From positions 3,100,001 to 3,164,000 of the forward strand of contig NW_027270992.1 in assembly GCF_040938485.1 (NCBI RefSeq): a DNA stretch of 64,000 nt. Reading direction: 5' to 3'. Position numbers and translations under genes: made by a program. A model generated the notes under the pieces. It was given only the letters and a program-made list of their open reading frames with translations. It did no database searches and was not told the origin of the DNA. This DNA is from Diadema antillarum (Eukaryota). Below, in pieces: positions 60,640 through 64,000 of this stretch; position 1 is the first letter of the stretch, and each line of letters begins with the position of its first letter.

Positions 60640-63170
60640 AATGATATTCTTTTTTTTTTTGGTCTTAGAGCAAATAATCTTAATGAGGCAGTGTTTGATA
60701 TGTTATTTCAAATTCACAAAATAAAATTAGTGTAGAACATTTTACCACTAAGATTAAATATGTTACAAAATGTCAGATGTTACACCAAACTACTTATTGA
60801 AATTCAAAAAAAAAATTAAAATCAGAATCATACTTTTAAAAAATATGCCTCCTAAAAATTCTCAAATCCGAGTGGCCTTCTCACAATCATTAAAGAAATG
60901 GATTATTTTCTCTTCAAATTAGTCACAAAAAGAACGATTTGGGTGAACTTTTCTTTAAATCTTATACAAAAATTCGTTTTAAGCCATTGCTTTATAAAAT
61001 ATTTTGAAATAAAACGAGCGTAGTTTAGTATCAATAGTGCATGTAAAACTTCTAACATGTACTTTTTTCCAATCAAGATTGACCGGTACTAAAATGTTGT
61101 TATCCCAATATTCACAATGTTTTGGGGGAACTTGTTTAGAGTTCAGTAAATTGTATGCAAGGCTGAGTTTTTTCTTCGTACTTTTCAACTTGATAAAGAG
61201 ACCTTCATGTTCGTCTAAATCGTGCATATTCTAGTTTTTTTTCTAACCAGTCATTTGGAATATTCTTTGTTGAAAAAAAACAAAAAAACTTCTCTGTAAC
61301 TGAGGGAAATCAAAACCAAAGACTAATTCTTCAAAACTTATGACGAGAAAAGGGTGGGCTTAGCAAATCAAAATACAAATCTATTTTTGGTTTTACATTC
61401 CGTTACTCATAGCATATACGTCTTAGATTTTGAATGTATCAATCGATTAATCCATTCTTTGGAATTGAGTCAAATGTGCACACATTTCACACACAACCCA
61501 ATGGACGGTCAATTAATAAACCACACAGAGGGTTAAACCACAATGATTGACGTGGACTTTACTCTGAGATTAGGTATTGAAATTGCTGTACAGTTGCATA
61601 CTCCATGTAAATGTACCAAGTACGCAAGGAATCTGCTAACTGCGTATTACCTAAAGAGTTTAAGATTTTTTTTGGGGGGGGGGTCAGGCTTGTATGAATT
61701 CCAAATAATATTTGGGTCTCAGGTTTGAGTTTCTTCAGTTTGTCTCCCTCGACAAATGAAAATTTGTTAAGATCGCAACTGCTGATCTGTAAATTAACAA
61801 ATATGTTAATATATTTCTTTCAAATATTTGGGTCTGTTTGATATTTTTCCAAGATTCAAAGGTATCATCGAGTAAACATTTCAACCAAGCCATTTCTTGA
61901 GCAAGATTAAAAGTAAAAGGGTCAGTGATCTTGAGACTATATTCAGCATAATCATTATGCATAAATTTCCTTTGACCCTCATCAGGCCACCACTCCTAAT
62001 AAACCAAAGTATATAAATGTTACAAATCAAAAACAATTATAGTACCTAATACTTATAACAGAAAATAGATATATTTAAGGGGAAAACAATTGACAAAAAA
62101 AAAATACAGATTTTTTTTTCTTCAAATGAATGAGAAGGATCTCGTTCTCCAGCAGTTGAGAGTCTGAGTAATGACTTTTAATTTTCCATTTAACCTAAAT
62201 CATATACCTAACCCAAATTGAGTAAAAATTTGATCCCGAGATTTTTGAAGTAGAATTCTACCACGTGATGCCCTGATTTATGGAAAGAAGTTTTGGTAAC
62301 CTCTTTTAGGTACAATGCGAACTACTTCTGTTTTGGTTAATTAATTTTACAGCAAGAGTATTTACCAAATATGTTCAAAATATCAACTAAATGTTTAAAG
62401 GAATTTATTGACCAATCTATAAGACAAACTAAATCGACTGCATATGTTCTTGCGGTCTCTTGGTTCCTAATCAAGACCATATCAGAACCATAAACTCGAT
62501 TACCAGAAAAAATAGTAAGGTGAAATCAAACATTCCTGAAAGATTCCCCTTTGAAAAGAAATACGCTTAGTTTAAAAATGAAATCATTATATACATCTGA
62601 CGTGCTGAACACAAGGTTTTTTTTTTTCAAATTATAAGATTTTTGACTAAAATCAAATTCTTGTAAATTGTCAAAAAAAATATATGACTGACACAATCGA
62701 CTGCCTTTTCAATATCAGGTAAAAGAATATCTCTAGGAATTTCATGTGTGTCGGAGTATCCACTCAAATCCAAAATTACGCGTTTATAATCACCAATACT
62801 CTTACGTGTTGAAAATCCAAATTGATCGGGGAGGATAAGACCATTATGTAACACGTTTTATACGGTTAAAACTCAGCACTTTGCCAAGATCTTATATAAT
62901 CCACAATCAATAATGTAATGCAATAATGATTTTGTTAATAGAAGTGTAATAACACCAATTCCCTGTGACTTAGATATTTTTGCAATGAAGAGTTTAGAGA
63001 ACTAATCAATAAGTCCCAAATATCTTGCAAAAAGACTAAATAGAAGTCAATAGGAAGTCTATCATATCCAGGAGTCTTTTTTATTTTCATAGATTTGATA
63101 ACATCAAATATTTTCTGTTTTCAATATCGATATTATCGAACATTTTTTTATTATTTCCAATTGAAGTGAG
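60640..63170 (-). mobile_element. Highly degenerate Tx1/L1-clade non-LTR retrotransposon fragment
   Basis: Colinear remnants MKIKKTPGYDRLPIDFY, LILPDQFGF..DIEKAVDCV, LKITDPFTF..AWLKCLL, DTKLRSFYFKI. Boundaries approximate. Confidence 0.75.
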
Positions 63171-63289
63171 TTGAATGTCATTCAATTCAATTCAATTCAA
63201 ATTCAATTCAATAGTTTTATTGACAATAAAAAAACCATGCAGCTCAATAGCTGAAATTGTTCATTTTACAACTAAAACACCCACCTTGT

Positions 63290-63335
<46 letters not shown>

Positions 63336-63611
63336 ATACTAGTTGAAATTGGCTATCGATATGAATATGAATATGACGGAAACACTGTACAAACAGATAA
63401 AACCTTAATGTTTCAACCCGGTCTTCAATCCTTGAAATTTGACCCCAGACCCAAAAGTTCCTAAGAAAATCATGGACAAAAAGCACATGGATAAATATAT
63501 ATTTTTCCACTAGTTACCACAGTTGACCTCTTAACGCTCAATAAAAATGCATGCATTAGAATTATCAATAGTGCTTTACAAAGCGTAATCATGAATATTC
63601 ATGTGGTTTGG

Positions 63612-63795
63612 AAAGTCCGGGGCTAAGAAATACGAGTGTAAAAAGGTCGGTTTTCTCCTTAGCACCGGACAAGAGATAGTACGGGACTAATTGGCCAGTG
63701 TAAAAAGCTGAAAAAATTGGAACGGGACTAACGATAGTGACCTGGGTCAGAGAAAGTCCGGGGTTAAGAAACACGAGTGTAAAAAGGGCTGTAGT
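63612..63795 (+). repeat. About 45-bp direct repeat at 140-bp spacing
   Basis: GAAAGTCCGGGG(C/T)TAAGAAA(T/C)ACGAGTGTAAAAAGG occurs twice. Confidence 0.7.
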
Positions 63796-64000
63796 TTTCC
63801 ATTGATAAAATCGCAATTCTTTTCATGTCATTTTATAATTCATTTCAAATGTAAATGTCTTTTTTCTGTTAAGGCCTCAGATACCCATTGTCAACAAAGC
63901 GATAATCATGACCGGCGCTTTGTTACACGATTTAAGTCATGCACTCAGCCGACTGTTATGAGCATTGAGTAAAATGGCAAGAAAATTTTAACGTTTGTTA

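Overview
AT-rich animal genomic DNA. The repeat families and gene structures suggest an echinoderm, possibly a sea urchin (inference). Two intact spliced genes can be built exon by exon with consistent phases. (1) A + strand receptor-type protein tyrosine phosphatase, 8010-40437: 29 coding exons, about 1350 aa, 2 EGF-like + 6 FN3 + TM + active D1 + pseudophosphatase D2; the signal-peptide exon was not located. (2) A convergent - strand SLC16/monocarboxylate-transporter-family gene, 56748-47617: 6 exons, 511 aa. A third gene appears to start on + at 59795 with a signal-peptide exon. The remainder is transposon-rich. It holds a decayed RecQ-like helicase gene next to an Academ-like terminus (AcademH-type relic), CR1/L2-type and Tx1/L1-type LINE fragments, tRNA-derived SINEs, several MITE families, microsatellites and three assembly gaps. 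The most unusual locus is a Penelope-like retroelement in SLC16 intron 1. It has inverted terminal repeats, each with a minimal hammerhead ribozyme, and carries a 110-bp near-identical inverted copy of the host gene's own exon 2. The first 3.5 kb is densely marked with TA-duplicated Tc1/mariner-like footprints, two of which break the helicase frame.
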